A DNA stretch of 64,000 nucleotides from a virus. Its lineage: Duplodnaviria; Caudoviricetes. Positions within the stretch are counted from its first letter, which is position 1. Every line of letters begins with the position of its first letter. The notes below the pieces were generated by a model. That model searched no databases. It was given only the letters and a program-made list of their open reading frames with translations, and had not been told where the DNA came from. The translations under genes and the position numbers were made by a program. Below are positions 21,301 to 31,700 of the stretch, piece by piece. The stretch is from positions 32,001-96,000 of the IMG/VR virus record IMGVR_UViG_3300014205_000175; one strand, given 5' to 3'.

Positions 21301-24300
21301 GGGTCAGACTTACTTACAGCAGCCGCAGCACCAGAGATTATTGCGGCTTTATTCATATCAGCTAGCGTCTTGGGTTCTTTAGCGGCTTTATCGAGCTTAT
21401 CGAGACCGAGGTCTTTCTTCGCCGCGACGATAGCAGCTTCGACATCTGACTTACCGGCTAAGAACTGCAGATAATCTTTGATCGGGCTATTGGTGACATT
21501 GTAATACGGAATGTCAACTTTGATCGCATCGATATAAATCTTGGCTTCAGCGAGTTTGAGTTTATCGATATCAGCGATAGCTAGTTTCGAGTTGGCTTTG
21601 AAAAGCGCCGTGCGATGCAGGTTGTATACATGGACGAAGCGTCCCAGAAACCATTCTTGTAGCGCTGCGATATGCTCTTCATCAGCTTCCGGGTCTAGAC
21701 CGAAGATCTCCAAGATCACATTGCCGTCGATCTTGCTCTGGTCGATCATCGCTTGTCCTTGCCGAATGACAGTAGCGTTGTCGCTGACATACTGTTCGAG
21801 CTTCAGTAGGTAATGGTAATACTCGCTATCAGCGGGCGGGATACCGTACTGTGCGAGACGAATAGCGGTGAGTTTAGAGGCACTGTTGCGAGTGAAAAAC
21901 TGGTAGCCTTTATATAACCCATAACCGACAGCACCGACGGCAGCAGCGCCAGCTATGAACGGCACCAGAGGGGAAGCAAGCATACCAGCACCCATTGCAC
22001 CGAATTGACCGATGCCAACAGCACCCAATCCAAGCCTGCCGACAGTAGTTACTGCCGACGCAGCGCTGGCGATACCACGACCAGCGAATAAAGCCCCTTT
22101 GCCGGCCATTTGCAGGCCTTTGACGGGGTTTAATGCGTAGTTAGCTACTGTGCCTACCCCACGGGCTACAGCGCCGACACCACGCCTTAAAATACCTGGC
22201 CTTCTAGCAGCCCCTCGACCTAACCCACGGCGTCCGCGTCGTCGACCCACTGCATCTCCCGCGCCACCTAGCATATCACCAATACTACCGCTAAGTGTAT
22301 CCATAACGCCACCGAACATATCTTTCATCGAGGCGATCTTATCTATCATCATATCGATAACATTACCACCACGATATCGTGCTTCTGATTTATTTTTGGC
22401 GTGCTCCTCAGCGCTTTTATGACGACGCTCCTCGGAAGCATTTTTCATTTTATCCAGCTTCTCTAACCAGCTGCCATCACGCCTGCCACTACCATCGACA
22501 TCATTAAAGTGCGTCAATCCACCGACACGATCTTTGACTGCCTTAGTAACGGTGTCATAACTAGTGCGAGCTTTATTGACAAGCTGATCTTTTTGCTCTT
22601 TGATACGTTCAGTCACCGATGGTGTGTCTGTCTCATCTTTGACCTTCGGAGGTTTAAGTTTGGACCATAGACCACTAATGCCAGAAACCATGGTATCGAT
22701 AACATTGTCACCGCGATACCATGGTTCGGGTTTGTCTTTGGCATGCTCCTCAGCGCTTTTACGACGGCGTTCTGCGGCAGCATTTTTCATCTTATCGAGC
22801 TTCTCTAACCAGCTGCCATCACGCCGGCCACTACCATCGACATCGTTAAAGTGCGTCAGGTCACGAATACGATCTTTGACGGTCGTGGCAGCAGTGTCGA
22901 AACGGGTACGGATTGTCGGCACTGGTTGGTCTGGTGTATCTGTGGTGACTGGAGTTTTCAGTTTGGACCGTAGGCCAGTAACACCCGAAGCTATAGTGCC
23001 GATAACATTATCGGCATGATGTTTATTAGCTGTGGTCAAGTCTTTTACGCGATCTCGTAATACGGTGCCGGTTTGTTTGACTCGGCCAAATAGTTTATCT
23101 GCACTGGCTGCAGTAGTAGATTTATTGATACCTTTCTCATCTTTAAAGCTACGTAGTCGCATCTTACCAGGACGACCAAGGAGATTTTTGATTGAGATAT
23201 CGCGTATGTCTAAGAGTACGTTATAGATATAACGATTATAGCCGCCCACACTACTGATGCCGTCACTGACTTTACTAGCAGCAGCTTGACCGAAAGCTTG
23301 GGTTTTACCCATCACCATACTGCCGAACTTGGCTACACGAGCGTAAGCGCTTTGGGCGCGTTCTTTGATAAAACGCATCGCCTTAGTCCTGATAGCTTCG
23401 ATCTCTACTCCTTGACTATTGATCAAACCGCGAGTGATATCTTCAGTAGTGAGTACAATATGTCCGTCAGTAGTAGCAACAGCACCCGTGATGAGTCCTG
23501 GGCGAGTGATCGCTTTACCACTGACCGTATCGATGTAACCGCCTAGACGCATGAGTTGAGCAGTCAGACGTGGTTCATTTTCCCCACGTACGTAAATATC
23601 GGTGGGTTCATCGAATAATTCAGCTACTGTCGTGCCGGCTTTCTTAACATTAGTCCACATGTCCTGCAAAGCTTGCGGGATCTTATTACGCACCACATCG
23701 GACGTGGTAGTGTAAATATCGCCAGCTAGATTCCACGCACCACTGATGAGTTTACCCAGACCGTCAGTAACTCTACCTTTGTTCTTTTTAATCTGCTCGC
23801 TGGCTAGATCGAACGTAGGTTTAGCGATACGGTCTTTAGTGAAGGTATAAGCACTCGTTGTGTTGTCTTGCAGTTTATTAAAAGCACCGATGCCACGTTT
23901 TTTGATGCCTGACAATAGTCGCGTAGCACGATCGCCAATACCGAGAGTAGCACTGGTAGGCACCTCTTGCAGAATCGCTGGAGAAGGCTGACTATCGGCA
24001 TTATTCCAACCGTCTTTGATATCTGACCATCCGCGTTTGAAACGACCGCCAGCCAGACGTGCAAATACTCCTAGACTTTGAAGTTTATCGCCAGCTTTAA
24101 AAGTAATACCGTTAAATAACTTACCATCCATACCGGCGATATGACTATCGATAGAAGCTGTATGGGTGCGGATCTCGCCTAGCACATCGAGCATCGCATC
24201 ACCGGTTTTGTTCGTAGCGATGCGAGTGTCGACTTTGGTGTTAAGATCTTGCACTGCCTGCATCGTCAAACCATTCATCGTTACCAGATCGATGCTCGTG

Positions 24301-26645
24301 CCACCTGGAGCAGCACCGTTACCGAAGCGCGACTGCACCTCCTGCGCCATCGGTCCTACATGTGCACCGCCATCACCACGACCTGCCTTATACTGCCACT
24401 GATAGTTTTTAACCGCAGCTAGCCTATCCAGTACGTTAGGTGCCGGACTAATGTTTTGCTTGGCGTGAATATCGGAGGTTGCATGATAAGGTTTGATATC
24501 GCGCTTGGCATGAATGTCTGATGTAACTGTACCAGGATCGGGCGGTTCGGGGTTTTTCCCGCGTGCATCTAAGAGCCTCTCGACATAGCTCGTCTTATCG
24601 AGTTCAGTGACGTTGTTTTTGGTTTTGGTGATTCCCATGTCACCCAACAAATCACCCATGCCAGCGTCGGTATATTGCTGTGCGATGCCTTGTTGAGCAG
24701 GGATGGTATTTTGAATATCACGACCGAACTTATCGACAGCGGATTTATACGTGGTGTCTCCATCACCGTCCATCATTTCACTAGCCCTACTCGCAATATC
24801 TTCAAGACGACTAGAGACACGTGAGCGATGGGCTTGATCGATATAGCGTAGGAACTTTTGATTAGTTAGAGTTTTGAATGTTAACGTATTCCCGTCCATC
24901 ATCCACCGCAGCAGGGCTTTTTTAAGCGCTGCGATCTGAGGTTCGGTAAGTATGCGATCGAGTTTAAACGTTTTAACAAAGCGTGCAAGCTCATCGTGGA
25001 GTTTGCCGTTACTCTCAGGATTGATGAGTTTTTTAGTGATGCTTTCTTTGATCGCAGATTCGGTATTAAATCTCCCTGACTCAAAATCAAAGCGTTGCAC
25101 TTCAACGCCATCGACTGCAGCCAATCCACTAGCGAAAGCAGGATCGTGTTCAACCCACATCCGTAGTAGTTTGGTCGAGCGAGTATTTTCCTGGAGGATT
25201 TTACCTAGGTAGCCAGGGATAATATCGGTGATGCTGCGATAGACGCGGTTATCAAAAATCGCATCGGGTTGCGTGAGATTACTCATGCCACCAGCGCCGA
25301 CTAGTTTCATATCGACATCTTGCTTGGCAAATGGTTCCAACAAGCTTCGAATAAAACTCTTGGCCGAATTACCATCGGCATCATTGAAGTAGTCGCTGTG
25401 ATAAGCGTCTTGCGCGAGACCTTGCGGGTTCATCGCAGCACCGACCCACTTCTTACCGAACTTATCAAGACGGCCGTTTTCTGGTGCGATGGTACGACGT
25501 AGCCGTGCACCGAGTTTAGCGGCAGCTTTGTTGACCGGGTTCTGCAGCAGCAGTGAAGCACCGATATTGCCAGCGGTGTTAGCGCCGGACATATCTCCCA
25601 TGTCCAAACCGTCACCGAGATCTTGCTGCTGCATCGAGAGTTGATCGATCGCATCGAGCGACATGTCCAAGCCCATCTGGATCGAGCTCGACATCTCTCG
25701 AATCTGATCGACCATGCGTTTTTTGATCTTCTCAAACCCCTTACCGATAACACTCTCGCTATTAAAGAGCTTACCTTGGATATTATTAAAAAGCTTATTA
25801 CGCGCGATATCTTTAAAGCGCTCAGTGTTCTGAATCTTCGTAAACTCAGGCAGTCCTGTATTTTTTACGACTGCGTCGTTTTGCGTCTTGAATATCTCGA
25901 AATATTCTTTGGATTTGGTCAGTAGCTCAGCATTAACAAAGTAGCTGCGGTACTGAAGCTCCAGGGATTTTTTCTGGTAGGCCTGTGTAACCTGCGTCTC
26001 ATAGTTACTGAGCGCCGCGAGGTTATGATCGATGCTGGTTAGTAAACCTTGTTGAGAAGTAAATCTTTTGGCTTCTACCTGTCGATCCAAATCTCCTTTG
26101 GTATCGTCACGAGCTTGTTGACGTGCCTGTAGGTCGATTTGGGTATTGAACACTTCAGCGAGTGAGCCGGCGATCGTCTGTTCTTCTTGTTGTTGCTTAG
26201 AAGGTCCTGACGGTGCATCGTAAATACCAAGAGCATCTTTGATTTTACTCGCGAGACGGCGACTACGCGAATTCTCGTCCGAGCTCATCTTCTCTAGCAC
26301 TTTGGTAAAGCGCTTGGCGGTCGGTTTGATTTCGCGTGCTGCCTCCCGATAGAGACTGGAGATATGCCCGGATACTTCCTCTACGCGCGAGCCGATGACT
26401 TGGTACTCTTTCGGCAAAGCTTCTTGCGCGAAAGTACGCAGCGTATTTTCCGACAACACGGTGCTTTTCGCACCACTGATCGCGCCCTTGAATGCACTGG
26501 TGACGGCACTGCGTTTTTTCGGATTGACATCACTACGAGCGCGAATGTCATTGACCCGTACGTCAGAGTCGAGTGTATCGAAATTTAGATCTTCATCAAA
26601 ATCGAAATCTAGGTCAAATGCCTCGTCTTGCTTCTTTTTAGCCAT
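18336..26645 (-). CDS. Tape-measure / tail-associated lysin (phiKZ gp181-like) with internal S74 chaperone, M15 peptidase and lytic transglycosylase domains
   Basis: 2769 aa, divergent from the vRNAP beta' gene. SLT motifs AAIESGF and AGGLFQF; M15 motifs SGYRS, SLHESGLAVDI and EPWH; S74 motifs SDIHAKQNI and GPMAQEV; Gly/Ala-rich hydrophobic segment. Confidence 0.9.
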   Translation of the reverse strand: MAKKKQDEAFDLDFDFDEDLNFDTLDSDVRVNDIRARSDVNPKKRSAVTSAFKGAISGAKSTVLSENTLRTFAQEALPKEYQVIGSRVEEVSGHISSLYREAAREIKPTAKRFTKVLEKMSSDENSRSRRLASKIKDALGIYDAPSGPSKQQQEEQTIAGSLAEVFNTQIDLQARQQARDDTKGDLDRQVEAKRFTSQQGLLTSIDHNLAALSNYETQVTQAYQKKSLELQYRSYFVNAELLTKSKEYFEIFKTQNDAVVKNTGLPEFTKIQNTERFKDIARNKLFNNIQGKLFNSESVIGKGFEKIKKRMVDQIREMSSSIQMGLDMSLDAIDQLSMQQQDLGDGLDMGDMSGANTAGNIGASLLLQNPVNKAAAKLGARLRRTIAPENGRLDKFGKKWVGAAMNPQGLAQDAYHSDYFNDADGNSAKSFIRSLLEPFAKQDVDMKLVGAGGMSNLTQPDAIFDNRVYRSITDIIPGYLGKILQENTRSTKLLRMWVEHDPAFASGLAAVDGVEVQRFDFESGRFNTESAIKESITKKLINPESNGKLHDELARFVKTFKLDRILTEPQIAALKKALLRWMMDGNTLTFKTLTNQKFLRYIDQAHRSRVSSRLEDIASRASEMMDGDGDTTYKSAVDKFGRDIQNTIPAQQGIAQQYTDAGMGDLLGDMGITKTKNNVTELDKTSYVERLLDARGKNPEPPDPGTVTSDIHAKRDIKPYHATSDIHAKQNISPAPNVLDRLAAVKNYQWQYKAGRGDGGAHVGPMAQEVQSRFGNGAAPGGTSIDLVTMNGLTMQAVQDLNTKVDTRIATNKTGDAMLDVLGEIRTHTASIDSHIAGMDGKLFNGITFKAGDKLQSLGVFARLAGGRFKRGWSDIKDGWNNADSQPSPAILQEVPTSATLGIGDRATRLLSGIKKRGIGAFNKLQDNTTSAYTFTKDRIAKPTFDLASEQIKKNKGRVTDGLGKLISGAWNLAGDIYTTTSDVVRNKIPQALQDMWTNVKKAGTTVAELFDEPTDIYVRGENEPRLTAQLMRLGGYIDTVSGKAITRPGLITGAVATTDGHIVLTTEDITRGLINSQGVEIEAIRTKAMRFIKERAQSAYARVAKFGSMVMGKTQAFGQAAASKVSDGISSVGGYNRYIYNVLLDIRDISIKNLLGRPGKMRLRSFKDEKGINKSTTAASADKLFGRVKQTGTVLRDRVKDLTTANKHHADNVIGTIASGVTGLRSKLKTPVTTDTPDQPVPTIRTRFDTAATTVKDRIRDLTHFNDVDGSGRRDGSWLEKLDKMKNAAAERRRKSAEEHAKDKPEPWYRGDNVIDTMVSGISGLWSKLKPPKVKDETDTPSVTERIKEQKDQLVNKARTSYDTVTKAVKDRVGGLTHFNDVDGSGRRDGSWLEKLDKMKNASEERRHKSAEEHAKNKSEARYRGGNVIDMMIDKIASMKDMFGGVMDTLSGSIGDMLGGAGDAVGRRRGRRGLGRGAARRPGILRRGVGAVARGVGTVANYALNPVKGLQMAGKGALFAGRGIASAASAVTTVGRLGLGAVGIGQFGAMGAGMLASPLVPFIAGAAAVGAVGYGLYKGYQFFTRNSASKLTAIRLAQYGIPPADSEYYHYLLKLEQYVSDNATVIRQGQAMIDQSKIDGNVILEIFGLDPEADEEHIAALQEWFLGRFVHVYNLHRTALFKANSKLAIADIDKLKLAEAKIYIDAIKVDIPYYNVTNSPIKDYLQFLAGKSDVEAAIVAAKKDLGLDKLDKAAKEPKTLADMNKAAIISGAAAAVSKSDPTSKNDEGGKPSVEKSGLPSTIQSAVASSVLGRAADLFKSMGITALKANPVYALYRYFKDRNVSRLDYIRLAQYGLPSYGDENDRYQQIFKLEDYIQKKVEVFKNDGFTVSDNRIEMQVVYEIFDVDPETPTGLAKAQTLAVWLSKRFIPTYVKNRNALWATNPRLTLMSISNLKSENFEKYVSLLDVPDDIYQTKESPFAGVDLLSASRADYLDAVTRARATLPPARYQKRPTTIATAASKPVGEITSVAPSKEPDSLVAGSAQPSVQSSADKILGTSKTPLAQASQPAILNNEAFQKNTSVISPELCSGESGGNYIKLGSGVELQGINPTMLQRFKAMAQEYGEMSGKKIQVNSGYRSYEKQAALHAANPSKAAPPGRSLHESGLAVDINSTDAAALDQLGLMKKYGFTRPVGGEPWHVEPAGIQGKLTAVRQNPQLASELVLASAHRGGGGYGAQPGAVKYRRNDAVAQQILASGSTSKPTPSSTQIALSSEGVTPEGSKGKVAPPAKTEQVSYTTKGFDPDAFGKPASSPALAAGGKYPSAANDAKPAMSTPTSSIGAAAAGMARDIGNGGLNSSRGAARTAGNTARTMGVDDRIVSIGEATVSSSANIRGQYGINDVAGKAGFGAQPGTMDAIRDLSTGNYKSPDAIKRMVQQVAQIAGVDPTTLQTFAAIESGFKATARSSQSSAGGLFQFVDKTWQYMLGKHGRQYGLGPNTSKNDPVANALMAAEYMKANARLISDVAPNASAVELYAAHMLGPSGAKKLLSASPDTIAAELLPKAARSNTPIFYNNNQPRTIEELLAHLDGKVTSKANEFNIGAPAANDSGLPPISASSDAVAVANPVKDTSTTGASSPLAAIGTAMANSSQPAAVTAAQPSFNVPTAPRTASNVTPIDNGSRYNATDMLKQLSGVETLMGKSVSLQEQMLQVLTTISGNISAEKFAEIVTALKSAMPSETAPASQAPASRLKTSQMDKLPISLNRKVI
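22345..22870 (-). repeat. Intragenic direct repeat in tape-measure gene (two copies, 360-bp period)
   Basis: LTHFNDVDGSGRRDGSWLEKLDKMKNA..ERR.KSAEEHAK.K.E..YRG.NVID.M occurs twice with near-identical DNA. Confidence 0.9.
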
Positions 26646-26711
26646 ACAACACCCCCTAATTCTTAAAGCTGGTCCAACGGATTCCTTGAACTATAGTCAG
26701 GAGACTTAAAA

Positions 26712-28328
26712 ATGTCAGCAGCAGACCTACCGTTTAATCTTGATTTACTTACTCCTACACTCGATCAACTAAAAAGCCTGCGTCCGATTCGCTCGCTCGA
26801 TATCTTCGAGAGCTCTACTAAAAACTTCCATCCCGAGGGTTTATTCAGTGTCGAGACCTTTGGTAAAGTAGGTACTGAAAACCGTAACCGCAGTTTTGGT
26901 TATATCGATATCATCGCTCCGATTCTGCATCCGGTAATCTACAAAGCATTAGCGGAACTGAAAGAACTCTATGGCGACATCATGAATCAGACCAAATACG
27001 CGCTATGGAATGAGAAGCTCAAGGATTTTGAAGTTGCCAGTGCGATAGATGGTGAGACAGGTATGGCGTTTTTCCTCCAGCACTATAAAGAGATCAAATT
27101 CCTCGATCGCAAAAGTGTCAAACGTTCCTTTAACATCGAACTGATAGAAAAATTCAAAGACCGCTCGCTCATCCAGTACATACTAGTGCTGCCGGCAGGA
27201 CTGCGTGATTATGAGATTGGCGATTCGGGTAAACCCGAAGAAGGCGAAGTTAACACGTTCTATCGTTCACTACTGTCACTCGCTAACCTCATCACTCCTG
27301 CGGTATTTAAAAACGATCCACGCGGCGTAGACTCTACACGCCATCGATTGCAGCTGACGATGATTGAGATCTACAACTACTACCGTGGACTAATCGAAGG
27401 TAAATCAAAATTCATCCAAAGCAAATGGGCTGCGCGTAAGATTTTTAACAGCACACGTAACGTCGCCTCCACGATCATCAACGAAGCGACTACCGCAGAT
27501 GACATCAACATCATCAAAGCCAATGAGACCGCGGTAGGACTGCATCAATACGCGCGCTCTACTGCACCGATGTCGCTACACCATCTGCGTGAGACGTTCC
27601 TGCACAAAGTTTTCACTGGTGCCAATACTCCGGCAATCTTGGTCAACGCTAAAACGTTGAAAAAAGAGATGGTTAATATCAGTGCCGATCACTACGACGA
27701 GTGGATGAGTTCCGAAGGGCTTGATAACGTCATTGCACGTTTTGGTGAGCGAGAGCTGCGTCACGAACCGCTGATGCTCGATAAACACTATCTAGGACTG
27801 ATCTATAAGGGTCCAGATATGACGTATCGGTTCTTGCAAGATATCGACGATCTGCCTGAAGCCGAGATGGCCAAATACGTCACACCAATCACCTTCTGTG
27901 AGCTACTGTATCTGTCGCTCTATAAAGATTCGCATACGGTGCCAGGATTTGTTACGCGCTATCCTATCACAGGCTACGGCAGTATCTACCCGTCCCTCAG
28001 TCACTTGAAAACCACGATGCCGTTTGAAGTACGTACCGAGCTCGATGACAACTGGCAGCCGACGGATTCAATCGCAAAGAACTTTCCTATCGCCGGTGCG
28101 AGTTTCTTTGATACCCTGGCACCAAATTTATGCCATTTGGGTAGATTAGGATTGGATTTTGACGGGGACGTTATTTCGTATATTTGCGTGGTAAGTGAAG
28201 AAGCTAAAGCCGAAGTGCATAGGAAGATGGCCTCAGCGAGCTACTATGTCGATGCTAATGGTAAGATGTATTTTAGTGCTGGCACTGAAACCATCGGCTA
28301 CGTGCTAGGCTACTTGACGGGTTCGTAA
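26712..28328 (+). CDS. Virion RNA polymerase beta' subunit (phiKZ gp180-like)
   Basis: FHPEGLFSVETFG, VLPAGLRD, TRYPI and catalytic LDFDGD motifs. Confidence 0.93.
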   Translation: MSAADLPFNLDLLTPTLDQLKSLRPIRSLDIFESSTKNFHPEGLFSVETFGKVGTENRNRSFGYIDIIAPILHPVIYKALAELKELYGDIMNQTKYALWNEKLKDFEVASAIDGETGMAFFLQHYKEIKFLDRKSVKRSFNIELIEKFKDRSLIQYILVLPAGLRDYEIGDSGKPEEGEVNTFYRSLLSLANLITPAVFKNDPRGVDSTRHRLQLTMIEIYNYYRGLIEGKSKFIQSKWAARKIFNSTRNVASTIINEATTADDINIIKANETAVGLHQYARSTAPMSLHHLRETFLHKVFTGANTPAILVNAKTLKKEMVNISADHYDEWMSSEGLDNVIARFGERELRHEPLMLDKHYLGLIYKGPDMTYRFLQDIDDLPEAEMAKYVTPITFCELLYLSLYKDSHTVPGFVTRYPITGYGSIYPSLSHLKTTMPFEVRTELDDNWQPTDSIAKNFPIAGASFFDTLAPNLCHLGRLGLDFDGDVISYICVVSEEAKAEVHRKMASASYYVDANGKMYFSAGTETIGYVLGYLTGS

Positions 28329-28362
28329 TAGTGTGGCTATTTAGCACTAGAGGGAATACGCG

Positions 28363-28650
28363 ATGTGGCTGTATATCACTACCCAGGCCATGCTGGATAA
28401 TCGCGCACTAAGACTCGCATCCAGAGTAGAGATTATTCAAGACTGCAATACGTGTAGTCGTAATGACTGCATTCAATGTGAAGGGGCGACCGAGCTTATC
28501 CGAGCAGTGTGGCAACTCCCTGGTATCGCAGAACCGATCGTGAGTGATAGCGAAGAAGGATTGAAACTAGTTTTCAATGGTTACAATCCTATTTTGGCAA
28601 CGATATATAGCTGGATCAGACGCAATCGTATTCCGTACGCATTATACTGA
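28363..28650 (+). CDS. Small Cys-containing hypothetical protein
   Basis: 95 aa, CNTC..CIQC, GAGGG RBS, followed by a hairpin plus T-run. Confidence 0.55.
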   Translation: MWLYITTQAMLDNRALRLASRVEIIQDCNTCSRNDCIQCEGATELIRAVWQLPGIAEPIVSDSEEGLKLVFNGYNPILATIYSWIRRNRIPYALY

Positions 28651-28757
28651 GTTCGTTCATCCCTCCACCTACCTGCCTTACTACGGGCAGGTAGGTAGGT
28701 ATTTTTTGTTTTACCTAACCATCAAGTGGTTACTGTTTTTTGCGAAGGACAAATGAC

Positions 28758-31700
28758 ATGCTATTAGAATACAGTGTTTATTACAAGAAATTCGGCATTC
28801 GCCGTCTGGGACAGTTATTCAACCCGCCGATAAATACTCTTGACCAGCTTCATCTATCGCGCGAGAGCACCTATCACTATGTCTCTCACGATGTAGACGT
28901 AGTAATGCCTGATGCGAATAGTTCTCTTTTTAGCGGCTATGGCAAAAAAGTATGGGTTAGCCACGTTAGTACGTTGACGAGTACCGAAGGCGCACCAAAA
29001 CCACTGAACAAGCTAGTCAAAGCGCTATTTCGTGACTGGCATCTGAAAAACAACAAGCTCTTCAAGTACGTCGAAGATCCGACGGCTATTGTACCCGACG
29101 CACTTACGCTCGTCGTATATAACTACGGACTACTACATGCGACGTATCGTTATCTCAAGACACCGATGGCTGATTACTACCGATGGTTCAACATCGAGAA
29201 AACCCGCTGGGACAATATCGCTACGGTCGTGGATAAAACCCAACGCCAACAATTTGTCATAGTTGATACGCCCAAAGTGCTACCGTCGGTCGGCATGCTG
29301 AAGATGTTCAGCGGTAAAGTCAGTATTCGCACGACCAAGATCTTTGACAATTCTGAACGACGTATGGTTCTCGAACTATGGAAATGGATTGATCCGGCTA
29401 CACGTGGCGAGAGCACACTCAGTAGTCTCAGTAAAGAACAAGCGCTCTATACCAACGTTATATTCCGCTATGAGAATAGCTTCACTATCCTCAACCTCGG
29501 TAAGCTCGAAGAATGGCGTGCCGGTAACGAAGGCAACACCGAGAACGCAGGTCAGCCGATGCTGCCGGTATTCATGTTGCAGAAGTTCGTACTAAAGCTC
29601 ATGATGGGATTGCAAGCCAATGCTCCTGCGGCGGTAGACGAAGAAGATAGAGATGAAGAACTCTCTGAGCCTGATACGCATAGCGAGATGACCCAAGCAC
29701 TGATGCCCAACGTTACCGCTAATGCCACACAGACTGAGCCCGAATACGCCGACTCGTTCGTAAGTCATCTAAACAACCTCGATGATGATCTAGCGGTACT
29801 AGAGAAGCTCGATCAAGCGATGTACTCTGACGAAGAGACGGTTGCCACGGATAGCGACACCGAAGAAGAGGACGAACTGTCGGAGGTAGCACTGCAAGCC
29901 AATAGCGATGATGCAGCACGTATCACCGCATCGATCTACCAGCCCGCCGATGCAATGCAGCAAAACCGCAATACGGTAGCCCAACTCGCTGAAGACGGCG
30001 TTATCACCGCTGCCGCTTACAAGGATCTACTCAAACAAATCGCTGCTGCCGAACAGGTTAAAAATCCTTATGATAGCACGCAACTACTATCAGACTACAC
30101 ACCTATTGCTGCTGAAGAACTAGCACTCAGTGACGAAGGCCATATTGCTCCACATGCAGCCATCGCCGATAAGTCGATGGCTAAAACCACGCTGACGAAA
30201 TTCGATGCGAACTATGTAGGCAGTGTTATCAAAAAAGACATCCTCGCTGGCGTACAACATCTATCGAACGCAGGAGTATTGATCAAGGACTATCAAATCG
30301 AAAAGGAAATCTCAGCGCTTGGTAAGTACGAGATCCATAGCGTGAAGCTGCGGCCTTTGGATGGAGTCGAATCGACGGTGTATTTCCGTGTACCGGAGAT
30401 CGATCAAGACGGCGAGCTCTACATTGCCTCAAACAAGGCCAGAATGCGCAAACAGCGATCAGACCTTCCGATCCGCAAGATCTCTCATGACTCGGTAGCC
30501 CTATCGAGTTACTACGGTAAGGTGTTCGTCAATCGCACTGAACGGCGTCAGTATGATGAGGTTACGTGGCTTGCAGATATCATTCGTGAGATCGGTATGG
30601 CGGGTGGCAATGAGACGATACGTAAAGTCACACCGGGTAACGTCTTTAACAATCACCTAAAAGTGCCGCGTATCTATAGTGGCCTGTCGATGCATTTTAA
30701 GTATATCGATACGGCCAACTATCATCTTGTTTTCGATCATCAAGAACGACTAAAACTTCTTGACATTGAGCAGCTTGCTAAAATCGAAATCAATGGCTGG
30801 GTGTTGTGTGGTCATACGCGTAAGAAAGAGCCGATTCTCGTGAACCCTTCAGGATTGTTTTCGATCTATCGCGATAACAGCTATGTGGCAATCGGTAATG
30901 TCTATCAGCTCCTGATGCTCGATGCGAGTAAGGCACCGATCCAGTATAGCGAACTTAAGATATTCAGTAAAGCCGTACCGCTAGCGGTAGTGCTAGGGTA
31001 TTACTTCGGTTTGTCTGACATCATCAAACTCGTACAGGGTAACCCCAAAGTACTTAGCGCGAAAGCACGCTATACGCCCAGTAGTGACGAATGGGTGATG
31101 CGTTTTAGCGATTATAAGCTGGTGTTTAATAAAACCAACACTGCAGCCACACTACTACTCTCAGGAATGCTGTTCTATAAGGACACGTTACGGCAGTTTA
31201 AATATAGTGACTTCGATGCACGACATGTGTATATGAATGTCCTTGATCAGCGCGGTATCAACGTCCGCTATCTCAAAGAACTCGACACACTCAAACAACT
31301 CTTTGTCGACCCAATCACTCGCGGTGTGCTCGAAGAGATGCATGAACCGACGGCATTCACTGGGCTACTGGTGCGTGCTAATGAGTTATTGATGAGCGAC
31401 TGGCATCCTGATAGCAACGATCTACGTTATATGCGTATCAAAGGCTATGAGCGTGTGGCCGGGATGGTGTATAAGGAACTCGTCAACTCGGTGCGCGATT
31501 ATCGTTCGCGTAATATCCGCGGTAAATCACAGATCTCGATGGCACCTTATGCAGTATGGCGTGCGATTACTCAAGACCAAACGGTTAAAATGAGTGAAGA
31601 CATCAACCCCATCAATGATCTGAAAGAGATCGAAGCGGTGACGTACGTCGGTGCTGATGGTCGAGCCAAAGACGCGATGACCAAAACCGCCCGCGAGTAT

